This document shows, piece after piece, positions 13,942 to 27,796 of a stretch of DNA of 124,000 nucleotides. Both the position numbers and the translations under genes were made by a program. A model generated the notes under the pieces. The model was not told the origin of the DNA. It made no database searches and saw nothing but the letters and a program-made list of their open reading frames with translations. Origin of the DNA: Octopus vulgaris (Eukaryota); the NCBI GenBank assembly GCA_951406725.2, contig OX597823.1:38212001-38336000 (forward strand), in the 5' to 3' direction. The first letter of the stretch is position 1; each line of letters opens with the position of its first letter.

Positions 13942-14018
13942 ATCTCTCCTCTCCTTTCTGAGTTTCCGTGGCGAAAACATTCGCTGATCGCCTGAGCGAC
14001 GGCAGGTGGTCCGTAACA
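12877..14018. mobile_element. Probable solo LTR in a (TA)n tract
   Basis: Termini TGCTATG...CGTAACA (TG...CA, imperfect inverted ends), ATAT on both sides, about 1.14 kb, no coding capacity. Confidence 0.5.
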
Positions 14019-14801
14019 ATATATATATATACTATTTTCATATTTTTATTACTTGCTCTAGCTGTTTTTTTATGAATATGATGAATCTTTATTAGAAATC
14101 AGTCTTTCTCTCTTTTTGGACCTATCAAAAAGTTTGAATTGTTCTCTTCTGAACTTACTTTTTCCCTATATATATATGTCAGTTTCTGCCTACCAAATCC
14201 ACTCACAAGGCTTTGGTCAGCCCAAGGCTATAGTAGAATACACTTGCCCAAGGTGAACCTAGAACCATGTGTTTGGGAAGCAAGCTTCTTACCATACAGC
14301 TATGCCTATGTTGTGCTACAGAAGATTCCTAATTATTATCTATGTTGTGTCTTGGATTGTGTTCCATTAAGTTATTTATATGTATACATTTAAATATAAA
14401 TAATATAAGTTAACAAGAATATATGAAAGCTCAAATAAATATTGGCATGGTCATTGATGTCTTCACACCCAACCTGCCAAATATTGTGAATTACCAATGG
14501 AGAATATATTACTAAACTGCTTGCTAACATGATGAGGTCATTGTGTAATTGCTAAACCTGCTCAGTCAGGAGGTGTTACTTCAATTATTGAAGATCATTT
14601 TATTGATAATTGGCAGTGTTGATGAATTTTCATGTCTTATGTTATTAAGTGATTACTGAGTGAACCAATGAGAGAGAGAGTGAGAGTATGTGTGTGTGTG
14701 AGAGAGAGAGAGAGAGACAGAGAGCTAGCTTCTCACAAATTCTTGACTTACTAGAAGTCACAGCTACTTTCTTTAATCAAGAAGGATACAGTATATCTAT
14801 C

Positions 14802-14882
<81 letters not shown>

Positions 14883-15107
14883 CAAAATTGCATTTGACCC
14901 TCTGGCTGACAACTTATGAAGAGTTGGTAGCCTTCTGTGTCTGTTTTCTGTTTATGCATTTATTATTTTTTTTACCTTATATATATATGTGTGCATGTAT
15001 ATAGGTTTGTGTGTGTGTGTAAATATATATATATAGGTGCAGGCATGGGTATGTTGTAAGAGGTTTGCTTCTCAGCCACATCATTCCCGGTTCAGTTTCC
15101 CTGCATG

Positions 15108-15520
15108 ACACCCAACCTGGCTCCTTCCCCTACTCTCACCCATACTGTCACACCTGCCCCTACCTCTCCAACACCACTATCATCACCAGCATCCACCACT
15201 GCCCCTATCACATCACCAACTCTTTTATCTGCACCTACAGCAATGTCATCTACTACATCTACAGCTCTGTTTGTCCTTCCTTGTACATTGGTCAAATGGA
15301 ATGTCGTTTAGCTGATTAGTTCACTGAGCATCTCTGAGACATCGGACTTGGCAATGGGACCCCGGTCTCATGCCACTTCCATTCAACGGCTCATTTGCTA
15401 CAACATCTGTTTATGTTCAGACTGTCTTTGCACAAAGGTCACTCGGAATCCCACCATGCCATGAACAGGAATTAATATTCTCCCTTCATTCTTTTGTTCC
15501 TTATGACCTTAAATCACCAC
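15108..15520 (+). mobile_element. Penelope-like element (Neptune-type) GIY-YIG endonuclease fragment
   Basis: PGSFPYSHPYCHTCPY...SFICTYSNVIYYIYSSVCPSLYIGQMECRLAD*FTEHL...PVSCHFHS. Confidence 0.75.
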
Positions 15521-16009
15521 TCTGCTTCATCTAGCACCAACCCCACACATATTCCCACACACTTTCCACCTTTAAGTACCCCTTCCCTCCACCCCCACAC
15601 TTGTTCACTGCCTAACTCAATACCCTCACCACACACACCATTATATGAACACCCCTATGCACTGTTCAACTCAGTACCCTCACCATTATGCACACTCACA
15701 TGCACATACATTCACACATGTCTCACTCCACACACACCAGCACCCAATACCTCCCAACTCCTAACTCTCATCACCCCTATCCCACCTCGCACTTCCATGC
15801 ATTCCTCCAGAACACACAGTATTCACTCCTAAAAATACATGCAATGCATATGCACACAACATGCCTGAACACAGACGATATACACACTCACACACAATAT
15901 CTATAGACACATACAACATTTGCTATCTAGCCACAGTAGAAACAGAGAAGAGGTTTGCCAATGTCCTACAGCGTGAAGATCAGAGACTTCCAGATTATTC
16001 CAGATTGCT

Positions 16010-17960
16010 AGACAATGTGTCAGTGTGAATCGAGATAATGTGGGAGAGAAGTGTATGCATATGGATAACAGAATGCTTGCACTTAGTGATGTGAACAAGA
16101 AAGAAGCATGGAAAAGTTATTATGTGAGACTGTTGAATGTAGAGAATTCATGAGATAAAGGGAGTCTCTCTCTCTCATGTGAATATAGCAGAGGGGCTGG
16201 CTATACTAATGGACAGTAGTGTGGTAGATAGGGCAATTAAAAACATGAAAACTTGGAAAGCCAAATCACAATTCCATCCAGAATCACAACTGAGATGCTC
16301 AAAATATCTGGTAAGGTAGGATATAGGTTAGTCACATCATCATCATCGTTTAACGTCTGCTTTCCATGCTAGCATGGGTTGGACGATTTTGACTGAGGGC
16401 TGGCGAGCCAGATGGCTGCACCAGGCACCAATCTTGATCTGGCAGAGTTTCTACAGCTGGATGCCCTTCCTAACGCCAACCACTCCGAGAGTGTAGTGGG
16501 TGCTTTTTACGTGCCACTGGCATGGGGGCCAGTCAGGTGGTACTGGCAATGACCTCACACAAATCACCTGCATAGTTAGTCAGATCATTCAAGAAGGTGT
16601 AATACCCAGTGAATAGTGTAGCAGTATAATTGTTAGCTGCTATAAGGGTAAGGGTGATGCTTTAGATAGAAGCAATTATAGAGGCATCAATCTCCTGGAC
16701 CAGGTGATGAAAATTATGGAGAGAGTTATAGTCCAATTAATTAGGAGCAGAATTAGGCTAGACGAAATGCAGTTCAGCTTTGCCTGGGGAAGAAGCACTA
16801 CTGATGCTATTTTCATAGTCAGGCAACTGCAAGAGAAATACTTGGTTAAGAATAAGCCATTATACTTGGCATTCATTTGATCAAGAGAAAGCCATCTATA
16901 GAGTGCTCTGCTGTGTGATATGGTGGGCTCTGGGGAGGCTAGGAGGCTAGGGATAGATGAATGGCTGGTGAAAGCTGTATAGACCATGTGCAAAGACATT
17001 CAGTCATTAGTCCACTCCTCTTCATCATTGTCCTCTAGGCTATAACCTGGGAATTCAAGACTGGCAGCCCCTGGGAACTACTATATACTGATGATCTTGC
17101 CTTCATAGCAGATTCCATGTCAGAGCTAGATGAGAAATTCCAGATGGGGAAGCAAAATCTGGAATCTAAGGGCTTTGTGGTTAACTTAGCAAAGACTAAG
17201 GTTCTAGTAAGCAAAAAACTGACAGGACTCTACTCCTCTCAGGTAGGTGGCCCTGTTCGATTCGTAGGAAAAGTGTGGGCAGGAACTCCATTTGGTGTTC
17301 TCAGTATAAGCTATGGTTGCACAAGAGGTGCGGTGGATTAATATGAAGGTTATCAGATAGTTTTCATATGTGGAAGATGCATAGGATCCATAAAAACTTT
17401 AGAGTCTCAGGAAATTGATTCTCTCAAATGCCCTGGTGGCTCATTATAGGTAATAGATCATTTCTACAACCTAGGGGACCAAATTAGTAGTGGGAGAGGA
17501 TGCACAGAGGGTGTGATAACTAGAATGAGAATAGGATTGAAGAAATTCAGAGGCTGTTACCTTTGTTGGTCAGAGAAGGTTTCTCTCTTCGAGTGAAAGG
17601 AAGATTGTATGATGCATGTATACGGACAGTAATTCTACATGATAGTGAGATGTGGGCCCTGAATGCAGAGGGCAAGTGAAGTTTAGAAAGGAATGAGGCT
17701 AGTATGCTCTGCTGGATGTGTAATGTAACTGTACATGTTCAACAGAGTGCTAATGTTTTGAGAGAGCAGTTAGGTATAAGAAGAATTAGTTGCTGCATGC
17801 AAGAGAGAAAACTGAGCTGGTTTGGTCATGTGATGTAGATGGATGCGATGCTAACAGCTCCATAAAGAAGTGCCAACCTCTCGAGGAAATGGAAGACCCA
17901 GGAAGTCATAGTATGAAGTACCTCAGAACGACCTCAGAACGCTGAACCTTTCAGGTGAAA
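16010..17960 (+). mobile_element. Decayed RTE LINE (RT core to 3' end) interrupted by a reverse RTE-tail insert at about 16325-16565
   Basis: NYRGINLLDQVMKIMERVI...RSTTDAIFIVRQLQEKYL and LLYTDDLA, with many stops and frameshifts. Confidence 0.85.
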
Positions 17961-18256
17961 TGACAAAGGACCAATATGCCTGGTGCCTTGCTGTATTCAA
18001 GAAGACCTATACCCTGCAACAGAAATGTTAAGTTTGGTCCCTCTGGTAGTCTTAACCTCCCAACCTCTAACTCATGGTAGTGCCACATAAAAGGACCCAA
18101 GCAGTGCCACGTAAAACCACCTGTACAGAACCATGTAAAACTGCCTATGTGGAGACACATAAAAGCACCGATGTGGTTCCATGTAAAAGCACTCAGCACA
18201 CTCTGAAAGGTGGTTGTCATTAGGAAGAGTATCCAACTATAGAAACCATGCCAAAT

Positions 18257-18489
18257 GAAGGCAGTGAGCAGCCAGAAACGTTAGCACACCAGGTGAAATG
18301 CTTAGCGGTATTTCGCTGCCGTTACATTCTGAGTTCAAATTCCGCTGGGGTCAACTTTGCCTTTCATCCTTTTGGGATCGATAAATTAAGTCCCAGTTAC
18401 GCACTGGGGTCGATGTAATCGACTTAATCCCTTTGTCTGTCCTTGCTTGTCCCCTCTATGTTTAGCCCCTTGTGGGCAATGAAGAAATA
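18257..18489 (+). mobile_element. tRNA-derived SINE family B with a 16-bp TSD
   Basis: AGAAACCATGCCAAAT at 18241 and 18490. B-box-like GAGTTCAAATTCC. More than 15 related copies in the window. Confidence 0.8.
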
Positions 18490-19258
18490 AGAAACCATGC
18501 CAAATCAGACTGGAATTTGGTGCAGCTCCCCAGCTTGCTTGGTCTGCTCAAAGCATCCAATCCATGCCAGCATGGACAATGCTATATAAATTAATGGTAA
18601 AATATCTCTTTACCTTCACCCATTTAGTACACTAGATAATGTAATTGCAATGCAATGAAAAAACACTTGTGTATTAATAATTGGGTATTCTACCAGCAGT
18701 ATATTGGATAGATATTATCCCTTGGTTGGATTCACAACCTCTAACTTTCTTGGAGTTATATATATAATATATACATATATCCGAAATGTACAGTATTATA
18801 TATCCATCATGGCTGATCTTACCAATCAGTTTTGCGCAAGAAATACAATGGAGTGTCAGGTAACAATTTGATTATATAACTTTATACTCACCAAAGTTAG
18901 CTGATATGGAAGGTAATATCATTGTCATGTAATGACTGTCTTCCATGTTGACATGGGTTAGATGGTTTGAAAGGGACTGGTAAGCCAGAGGGCTGCCCCA
19001 AGCTCTACTGTCTGCTTTGGTATGGATTTTAAGGCTGGATACTCTTCCTAATGCCATCTATGATCATGTCTTTGTATTTTTCCCCCTGCCATCCCATGAC
19101 TTGGTAGTTTTGCAAAAGAGACCAATAGAATAAGTACCAGGCTTTTAAAAAATCAGTACTGGGGTTAATTCATTCAAAGGAAAAATGCTTCTATGAGGTG
19201 TTCCAGTATGGCTGTCATCTAATGATTGAAACAAAAAAAAGAAAGATGTATATGTATG

Positions 19259-19290
<32 letters not shown>

Positions 19291-19499
19291 TGTATGTATG
19301 TATGTATGTATGTATGTATGTATGTATGTATGTATGTATGTATGTATGTATGTATGTATGTATGTATGTATGTATGGATGGATGTGTGTGTATGTATGTA
19401 TATGTATGTATGTACCTATATGTATGTATGTATGTGTGTGTATGTATGTATATGTATGTGCATAGATATGCATATGTATATGCTTACACATGCATGCAT

Positions 19500-19790
19500 A
19501 ACATATGTATGTATTGCTAGTGCCACTAGACTGGCTCCTGTGCAGGTGGCACATAAAAAAGCACCATTTGAGTGTGGTCACTGCCAGTATCGCCTGACTG
19601 GCCCTCGTGCCGGTGGCATGTAAAACCACCCACTACACTCTTGGAGTGGCTGGCATTAGGAAGGGCATCCAGCTGTAGAAACTCTACCAAATCAGATTGG
19701 AGCCTGGTGCAGCCATCTGGTTCGCCAGTCCCCAGTTAAATCGTCCAACCCATGCTATCATGGAAAGCAGACGTTAAACAATGATGATAA
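19500..19790 (+). mobile_element. RTE 3'-UTR-derived repeat with (GAT)n tail (also about 48570-48910, 69850-70200, 94685-95080, 121395-121600)
   Basis: Shared AAAAGCACCCACTACAC...GGAAGGGCATCCAGC...CGTTAAACGATGATGAT. Confidence 0.75.
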
Positions 19791-20581
19791 TGATTTCCCT
19801 TTTGCTTTGTTTCTCTTCCTTTGTTTTGTTTGTGTTTTCTTTTTGTTTGTAAAATGCTAAAAATAGTATTTCAGTATAGGAATACAAAGTGAAAAATAAA
19901 AATCTGATCTAACTGTGCTTTTTATTTTACACATACAAGGAGATGCATATGCCACTATTGCAGAATGATGTTAATTGATGCAATATTGTTTATATATAAC
20001 TTACAGCAATGAACAGCTGGTAATGACATGTTGAAACAACTGTAGTGATATATGTAATAAAGAATGTTCAATCCATTTTGTCTTATTAATATTTTTGTAT
20101 GTTTATAAGGTGGTGTGCTGGCAAAATGCTGAGCAGCATTTTGTCTGTCTTTACATCCTGAGTTCAAATTCTGCTGAGGTTGACCTTGCCTTTCATCCTT
20201 TTGTGATTGATAAAATAAGTACCAGTTGAACACTGATGCTGATCTAACTATCTAAACCCTACTCTGAAATTGCTGGCCTTGTGCCAAAAATTGAAACAAA
20301 TTGAGCAGCGAGCTGGCAGAATTGTTATCATGCCAGGCAAAATGGGGAGTAACATTTCATCTGTCATCTTGTTCTGAGTTCAAATTCAAGGTCGACTTTG
20401 CCTTTCATCCTCTCAAGATTGATAAAATAAGTACTAGCTGAGCTCTGAGGTTGATGTAGTTGACTTACTCACTCCTCCAAACTTGCTGGCCTTGTGCCAA
20501 AATTTTGTATGTATATATTTTTATATGTGTGTGTATATATATATACATATATAGGAAAAAAGCAACAAGAATGGATTAAAA

Positions 20582-20669
20582 TCTCGGTACGATCGTTTCG
20601 TACGAGGACATCTTTAATAAGCTACAAAAAATGCAGTGAATACAGATGGCTCGTACTCGTCAGCCGAAA
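20582..20669 (-). ncRNA. Type I hammerhead ribozyme (intact consensus)
   Basis: Reverse complement of 21372-21459. Confidence 0.9.
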
Positions 20670-21371
20670 AACATCAGAGAATTCCCAAACATCAAAAGGG
20701 GTAGATACAAAAGAGGTTGTAAGATTAGCTGCATTGAAGAAAGTTCGATTCGTGGAGATCCGATGAAAGGTTTTAAAGCTATAGAATTTATGCATGTCTA
20801 CATATAGCTCATATTGAATATTTGATCAAGTTGTGTGAAGAAATTTTCGGATACAGTCATGCAAAATTTCTGAAAATCCCGCTACAATATAAGACTGTCA
20901 TTTTGCTTCTCATTTGGATTCCCTGATATTTTTCGCATGATTGTACCCTAAATCTCTTCACAAAACTGGATTATGAACTATAAGGACATACACATATTTT
21001 GTAAGTTCAAGACTTTTTCATCGGATCTCCAAAAAATCGAACTTATCTGCGATTCTTGTAAATGTCAATAACAATCTGTTCCTCTACACGATATGACAGT
21101 CACTTTGCTTTTACTCAGACTTTCCTCTACATGATATGGCAGTCACTTTGCCTCTTACTCGGATTTTCAGAAATTTTGCATGACTGTATCCGAAAATTTC
21201 TTCACACAACTTGATCAAATATTCAATATGAGCTATATGTAGACATGCATAAATTCTATAGCTTTAAAACCTTTCATCGGATCTCCACGAATCGAACTTT
21301 CTTCAATGCAGCTAATCTTACAACCTCTTTTGTATCTACCCCTTTTGATGTTTGGGAATTCTCTGATGTTT

Positions 21372-21459
21372 TTTCGGCTGACGAGTACGAGCCATCTGTA
21401 TTCACTGCATTTTTTGTAGCTTATTAAAGATGTCCTCGTACGAAACGATCGTACCGAGA
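21372..21459 (+). ncRNA. Type I hammerhead ribozyme (intact consensus)
   Basis: Stem I TCGG/CCGA; core CTGACGA 21378-84; stem II GTACGAG/CTCGTAC; GAAA 21442-45; palindromic stem III ACGATCGT; GUA cleavage triplet 21451-53. Confidence 0.9.
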
Positions 21460-21607
21460 TTTTAATCCATTCTTGTTGCTTTTTTCCTATTTGTAATCAC
21501 CCCACTTGTCGTATGGTTAACACCATATAGATTTCCGGTGCATCCTAGTTAAGGACCATATTCAAGTGAATTCTTTAGAATTCACTAGAATCTCAATTAC
21601 TTAACCG

Positions 21608-21826
<219 letters not shown>

Positions 21827-22368
21827 GTATTTGCTGGGGATTGCTGGGGAGGGTTAGCACCTATGGTCTTTGCAGTTATCCTAGACTGGTGAGATCAATA
21901 TCATTCATTAATGTTCTTTTAACAAAAGTTTAGGAAAGAAGGACTAAACATAGTAATTAGTGTAAGGCTTGGACAGGAGGGAGAGTGTTGGAGACAACAA
22001 AGATAATGAGAGGAGAAGAGACAAGTGGTTAGGGAAAACCTGAATGGAGCTCATGACGTGCACCCAGACTGTCTCAAGGAGCAGAGGCCATTATAGTAGT
22101 GGTAGAAATAGCAGAGGGAGGATGATTGTGGCTAGGAAATCTTTGATCAAGGATGACATGTTGCAGTAATATTGATATGAAATATTTTGGTGATCAAAAC
22201 TGTGTAATCTGCATCATGTTTTGGTGGAGAATGTTGCTGGGAAATTGCCATAAGTGATCATAGTTTATAGTGAGTTAGGGCTCCAAACACTAAGTGATCA
22301 TGTTGTAGTGATGGGTGGGAATAATGATGGCAGCAGTGGAGATGGAGTGGTGATAGTGGTGGTGGTTG

Positions 22369-22400
<32 letters not shown>

Positions 22401-22608
22401 ATGATGATAATGGTGGTGATAGTGATGGTGATGGTGGTGCTGATTATGTGCCATATCTATCATTAAATGAACCGTACCTGACATTATTGCTTTTGGTACA
22501 GTGAAAAATTTGGTCCAGAGAAAATTGATTTTCCAATTGATTTTATTATAGACATTGTTTTACTTACTTCAATACATTACAAGTGTACACACATACACAC
22601 ACCTATAT

Positions 22609-22725
<117 letters not shown>

Positions 22726-22867
22726 CACACATATAAGATATATATATATTATGTATAACCCATGCTATCATGGAAAGTGGACGCTAAACGATGATGATGA
22801 TGACACACACACACATATATATATATATATAATGCAGTTCTATATTTAAATGATGAGGAATTATGTG

Positions 22868-22984
22868 CATTATTTACATTTGAAGGATATTTCATCTTGT
22901 TTCGGATGATATACCCTCCAGCCTTCATCAGTTATCTTGAGGGAAATTTCAAACCTGAGTTCTCATTCCTAAGGTATTTTTTGA

Positions 22985-23073
<89 letters not shown>

Positions 23074-23307
23074 TCACTGCCTGGAATCAAACTTGGGATC
23101 TTGGCGTTAGTAGCCCAAGATTCCAAGTTCGATTCCAGGCAGTGTCCTGAATAATGATAATAATAATAATAATAATGATAATAATAATAATAATAATAAT
23201 AATAACATCGAAAAAGACCTTAGGAATGAGAACCCATGTTTGAAATTTCCCCAAGATACCTGATTAAGGCTGGAGTGAGGACAAACATCCATCAAATGTA
23301 AATAATG
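22868..23307. repeat. Fold-back of a tRNA-head/(AAT)n/HHR-like repeat
   Basis: Arms pair around a loop at about 23106-23112. B box GTTCGATTCC at 23127-36. CTGATGA-AGGCTG...CATCC-GAAAC on the minus strand at 22899-22931. Confidence 0.75.
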
Positions 23308-23329
23308 TAAATAATATATATATATTCAT

Positions 23330-23570
23330 CCTTTTACTCTTTTACTTCTTTCAGTCATTTGACTGCAGCCATGCTGAAGCACTGTTATAGAAATCAACCC
23401 CAGAACTTATTCTTTATAAGCCTAGTACTTATTCCATCAGTCTATTTTGCCGAACCACTAAGCTATGGCAACATAAACACACCAAAAGTGGTTGTCAAAT
23501 GATGGTGTGAGGACTTACACAAACACACAAATACATACATACATACAAACATATATATATACATATACAT

Positions 23571-23635
<65 letters not shown>

Positions 23636-24100
23636 AAATTACAGTCTTAAAGATATCGTTAAATTCCATGAATTAACAAGAAGAGTGAGATGGAAGGCTC
23701 TCTTCGATGATAAATAACAGAGTACAGAAGAGAACTTATCCAATAATACCAACGAGGAACTTACCAAAATTAGAAGCAATTTTAAATCTAGAAAAGTCCC
23801 CCCAGCAAACTGAAAATTAGAAAATTTTGAAGATAGTGTATGGAAACTACTTAAAAATATCAAATTTAAGAAAAACCATATATTAAAGTACAAATTCAAA
23901 GAGCTTAGTAAATTATATATATATATATATATTACATACATGCATACATACGAAGTGCTTCTTTCAGTTTCCCTCAAATAAATCCACTCACAAGGCTTTG
24001 GTCGGACCATGACTATAGAAGATACTTGCCCAAGGTGCCACACAGTGGGACTGAACCTGGAACCATGTGGTTGGAAAGCAATCACACAGCCACTCCTGCA
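23330..24100 (-). mobile_element. tRNA-derived SINE family A, split by a Penelope fragment in its internal microsatellite
   Basis: Head about 23950-24100 and tail about 23330-23530 match intact copies such as 42555-42960. Confidence 0.7.
23635..23885 (+). mobile_element. Penelope-like element N-terminal fragment
   Basis: LTRRVRWKALF...FKSRKVPP...LENFEDSVWKLLKNIKFKK resembles the PLE N-terminal region. (TA)n on both sides. Confidence 0.65.
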
Positions 24101-24384
24101 CCTATAAATATATATACATATATATATATATATATACAAATATATATGTATACATGTATGTATGTGTGCGTGCATACATGTGTGTATGTGTGTATTTGAG
24201 TAGAAATGCAGAAATAATAGAAACATTAGTTGGCTCATATTCCACGAGGGTGATCCCACCAAGGGAAAATCTGGCATTGTCAGAGGCAGATCCAGCTGGT
24301 TTCCTCGAATGTTTCCTAAACCAGGATGAGTGTTAGATTCATCACTTTGAGTCAAAGACAAAGAAGCAATCAATGTAGTGGGAA

Positions 24385-24925
24385 ACCCTACCTCACCTGT
24401 TTCAAAGAAAACCAAGGTTGTTTCATCTGCAGGAAAAGTGATGGACTCTGTTTTTTGGGGGGTATGTAAAAGGCATTGTGTTTAACTATCTTTGAAAGGG
24501 CCACACTATCAATGGAGAATACTATGCAAACTTGCTGAGGCAGTTATCAAAGGCTATCAAGAACAAACACCAGGAAAACTGACAAAAAGGGCCTTGTTTC
24601 TTCAGCACAATGCTCCAACACACAAGTCCTTGGTTTCAATGGCTGCTCTGCATGACTGTGGCTTTGAACTGGTTGATCAGCCTCCCTATTTTCCCAATTT
24701 GCTCCCATCTGACTATCATTTGTTCCCCAACATAAAAAAAAAACACTTGGCTGGGAACCAGTATTGCAGTGATGAGGACAACATATCTACTGTTGATGAC
24801 TTTTTTGACCAACAGGATGACAGCTCCTTCACCAATGAGATCCAAGTACTGCAACACTGATGGAAGGAATGTGTGGACTGCTAGAGGGACTATGTTGAAA
24901 AGTAAACCTCATTTGGTCACATTCC
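24385..24925 (+). mobile_element. mariner DD34D transposase 3' half
   Basis: SAGKVM...FLQHNAPTH...QPPYFPNLLPSDYHLFP...DYVEK*. Confidence 0.85.
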
Positions 24926-24934
24926 AATAATACC

Positions 24935-26290
24935 CCACCATATTATAGGCACAGTTAATTTTCCTAATCTATGTGATTGCAGAGATAAAAATACTTGTGA
25001 ACTCTTGAATAAATGTAAAACTAAAAATGTAATCTACCAATGTGACTTATTCTCCAATAATTACAAGAAAATTTATATAGGAGCAACTAAAAATGAAATG
25101 AAACTTAGATATAATTCTCATTGCTCAAGTTTCAGAAAGAGAAGTAAGACTAACTCTTCCGTATTAAGTAGTTACATCTAGGAACTGAAAGATAATAACA
25201 TTAATTATAGATTAGGATGGCGTATCCTAGCCAAAACATCTTCATAAAACCTTAAAAATAATCGCTGTAATTTATGCATAAATGAGAAAGTCTTAATTTT
25301 AATGGCCAAATCAGAATTACTTAATAAACGAGACAAGAAAAATATTGCATGTTTACATAGAGATAAATTCTTATTCTGTAAATACTGCTAATACCTACAT
25401 TATAGGTTATTAGCTGACCTGCCTAACATCTGATTACTTACCCTAAACCCCTCCCCCTCAATACAGAGCATAATTTAACATCACATCACAATTAAATTAA
25501 ATCAAATTATCCCAATTAACTGAATTATCTATCTTACATTCTACGATGTACACCAGGACATAAAATACTCTATAATATATTCACTTTAAAGTTAGATCGC
25601 TGACTAACATACCAATTGCTAGGGCAGCCACTGACATAAACATTATTAAATGAGTGATTTAGGTTGTCCTAGCTGACTGTATTGGTTTTTAATTATATTA
25701 ATGAGTAGATAGATAGCACCACACATAGCAACATATTATTTTTATTTATATATTTTATTATTATACCTTTTACGTAACCCAAATTTATACATTATATCAC
25801 ACTAACTTTTTAAAAGCATCCTTAGGTTTTAACAAGGGGATTATGTGTAATCATAGGGACTTATCTAGCAGTCACAAACAGCGTTATATATTACAATTAA
25901 CAACACCAGATATTAATACCAGGTACAACACCTTTGACTAACACTGCCGGTCAACTAGTCATTTCCCCCACTTATTTCTCCATTCATCTAACTGAAGAAA
26001 TGTACACACCCGTGGAATCCAAAAAGGGCACAAAAATGTAAGCCTAAAAACTTAATGAACTTTTTCCTTTTTTCCTTTTCTCCTTTTCCTTTCCATTTCC
26101 CTTTTTCTCCTATCTATATTTCTCCAATAAACTCTAAATCATTCTGATGATGTTTGTTAAATGGAACAAGATAAATGCAAATTTACTTTGAAATAACAAA
26201 CTCAAACAGCAGTAAATGTTCTTGAACTACAGTTAAACTATGACCTTTTAATGCCATTGATCAACTTGTAATTGTTAATTGTTTCTCCAT
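24935..26290 (+). mobile_element. Naiad-type Penelope-like element 3' end (GIY-YIG endonuclease plus long 3' UTR)
   Basis: CDCRDKNTCELLNKC...VIYQC...IYIGAT...RYNSHCSSF...LSSYI*ELK...W...CNLCINEK...LLNKR...CLHRDKF. Decayed HHR at 26140-26218. Confidence 0.85.
26140..26218 (+). ncRNA. Decayed type I hammerhead in the PLE 3' UTR
   Basis: CATT-CTGATGA-T-GTTTGTT...AACAAAC-T-CAAAC-AGCA-GTA-AATG. GAAA is changed to CAAA. Confidence 0.55.
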
Positions 26291-27753
26291 TTCTTTTCTT
26301 ATCTGTATATATACATATATATAAAATTGTTAAAGAGGACAACAAACGTTTTATATATCTGCTATATCGGAAGTCTGCAATAGCTCCATAATTACTGTTT
26401 CGGCTATAACTTTGGAACTTTGGTAATCTGTTACAACACTTACCTAGTGTACCTAATTGTTTAGATCAACTGTGAACTAAACTTCCATATTTTGTATATA
26501 TATATATATTAAAAATGTGAAAGGCTGGTTTATGGCATTACCTTAGGTTTCCTGTCCATGAAGTGTTTAGCTTTATGGCATATTGTCAGATCCCAAACAC
26601 CTGTTGGCCCATGACCTCTTAAAATATGGAGGGGCAAATGCCTCACTACTCAAAGTTAACAAGTGGGGATTATCTCTATTGCTAATGACCATCAACTTCT
26701 GGCTGTGCCGCCATCTTACAGGCTCCAAAAGGCTAGCAGGAACTTCCTGAAATGTAAACATGGCCCGAAAATCTCTGTTCTGGAGATTTTTGAAGTGAAA
26801 TTTCTGGGTAAAGTGCTGGTTAAGAAGTGCACAATACCCCGAAATAAGGAGACCCTACAGTTCGAATGCTGGAAGTTATTCAAGACATTTGCCAAAAGAT
26901 TACTTGAAGTTCAAAGATGTCAACATGTAAATTGGCACAGCAGTCTCACATAAGCAGGAGGTCATGCCAAAGTCTAAAGTTGAAGCCATATCATTTCACA
27001 TGTGTACAGCAATTAAAAGTGGATGACTAGAGCACACAGGTTTCTGAATAGCAATTACAAGCAGCTAAAATAGCACAATGACAATTGCAAACAAAAGGCT
27101 GGGTGTTTTTTTTGTGTGTAAATTTATTTCTGTATTTACACAATGCAATGAACTTCAGGGACATGCACATAAATAGGTAACTAGATACTTAGGCAGATAA
27201 TTTATACATACATATATATATTTACTTGAGTCTAAGAGACCTTAAGTCAGGGAGAATATGCACTCATATAACTGTTGGTATGCACTACACTTTACACATC
27301 ACTTTATGCATCACATATTACATCACATTACGCATTAAACATTTCACACCACACAGTAATATGTAAAAAAAAAACCCCACATAACTTTATCCTTTACATG
27401 CACCATGCACCCCACCCCCACAGAGAAACCACACATTTTTATACAATCCTTCTCAACTTCACAATTTCCTTCTGCCAACTCAGCAGCAAACTTAATCAAG
27501 GGGCATAACTCATAACTGACTCTCCTGGAACATTTTTATCCTACCACCTTTACACAGCAGATGCTGACTGGTCATGCTCATTTCCACCTCCAGCAGTGGA
27601 GAGTGGTCGCCATTTCCCCTCCCATGTTGGCTATTTCTGATGCGCATATATTATATAACTGGTTTGTGGCTTAACACTCCATTATATAGTTTCACACAAA
27701 ACTGATTGGTAAGACCAGCCGTGATGGATAATTAACACTATAAAATTCAGACA

Positions 27754-27796
<43 letters not shown>

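Noticed and set aside
17088-17094. CTGATGA motif
   Set aside because: It encodes the RT YxDD motif. No stems or GAAA follow.
26330-26495. GCCGAAACAGTAATT on the minus strand next to (TA)n
   Set aside because: No recognisable CTGANGA core or paired stems. Too degraded to call.
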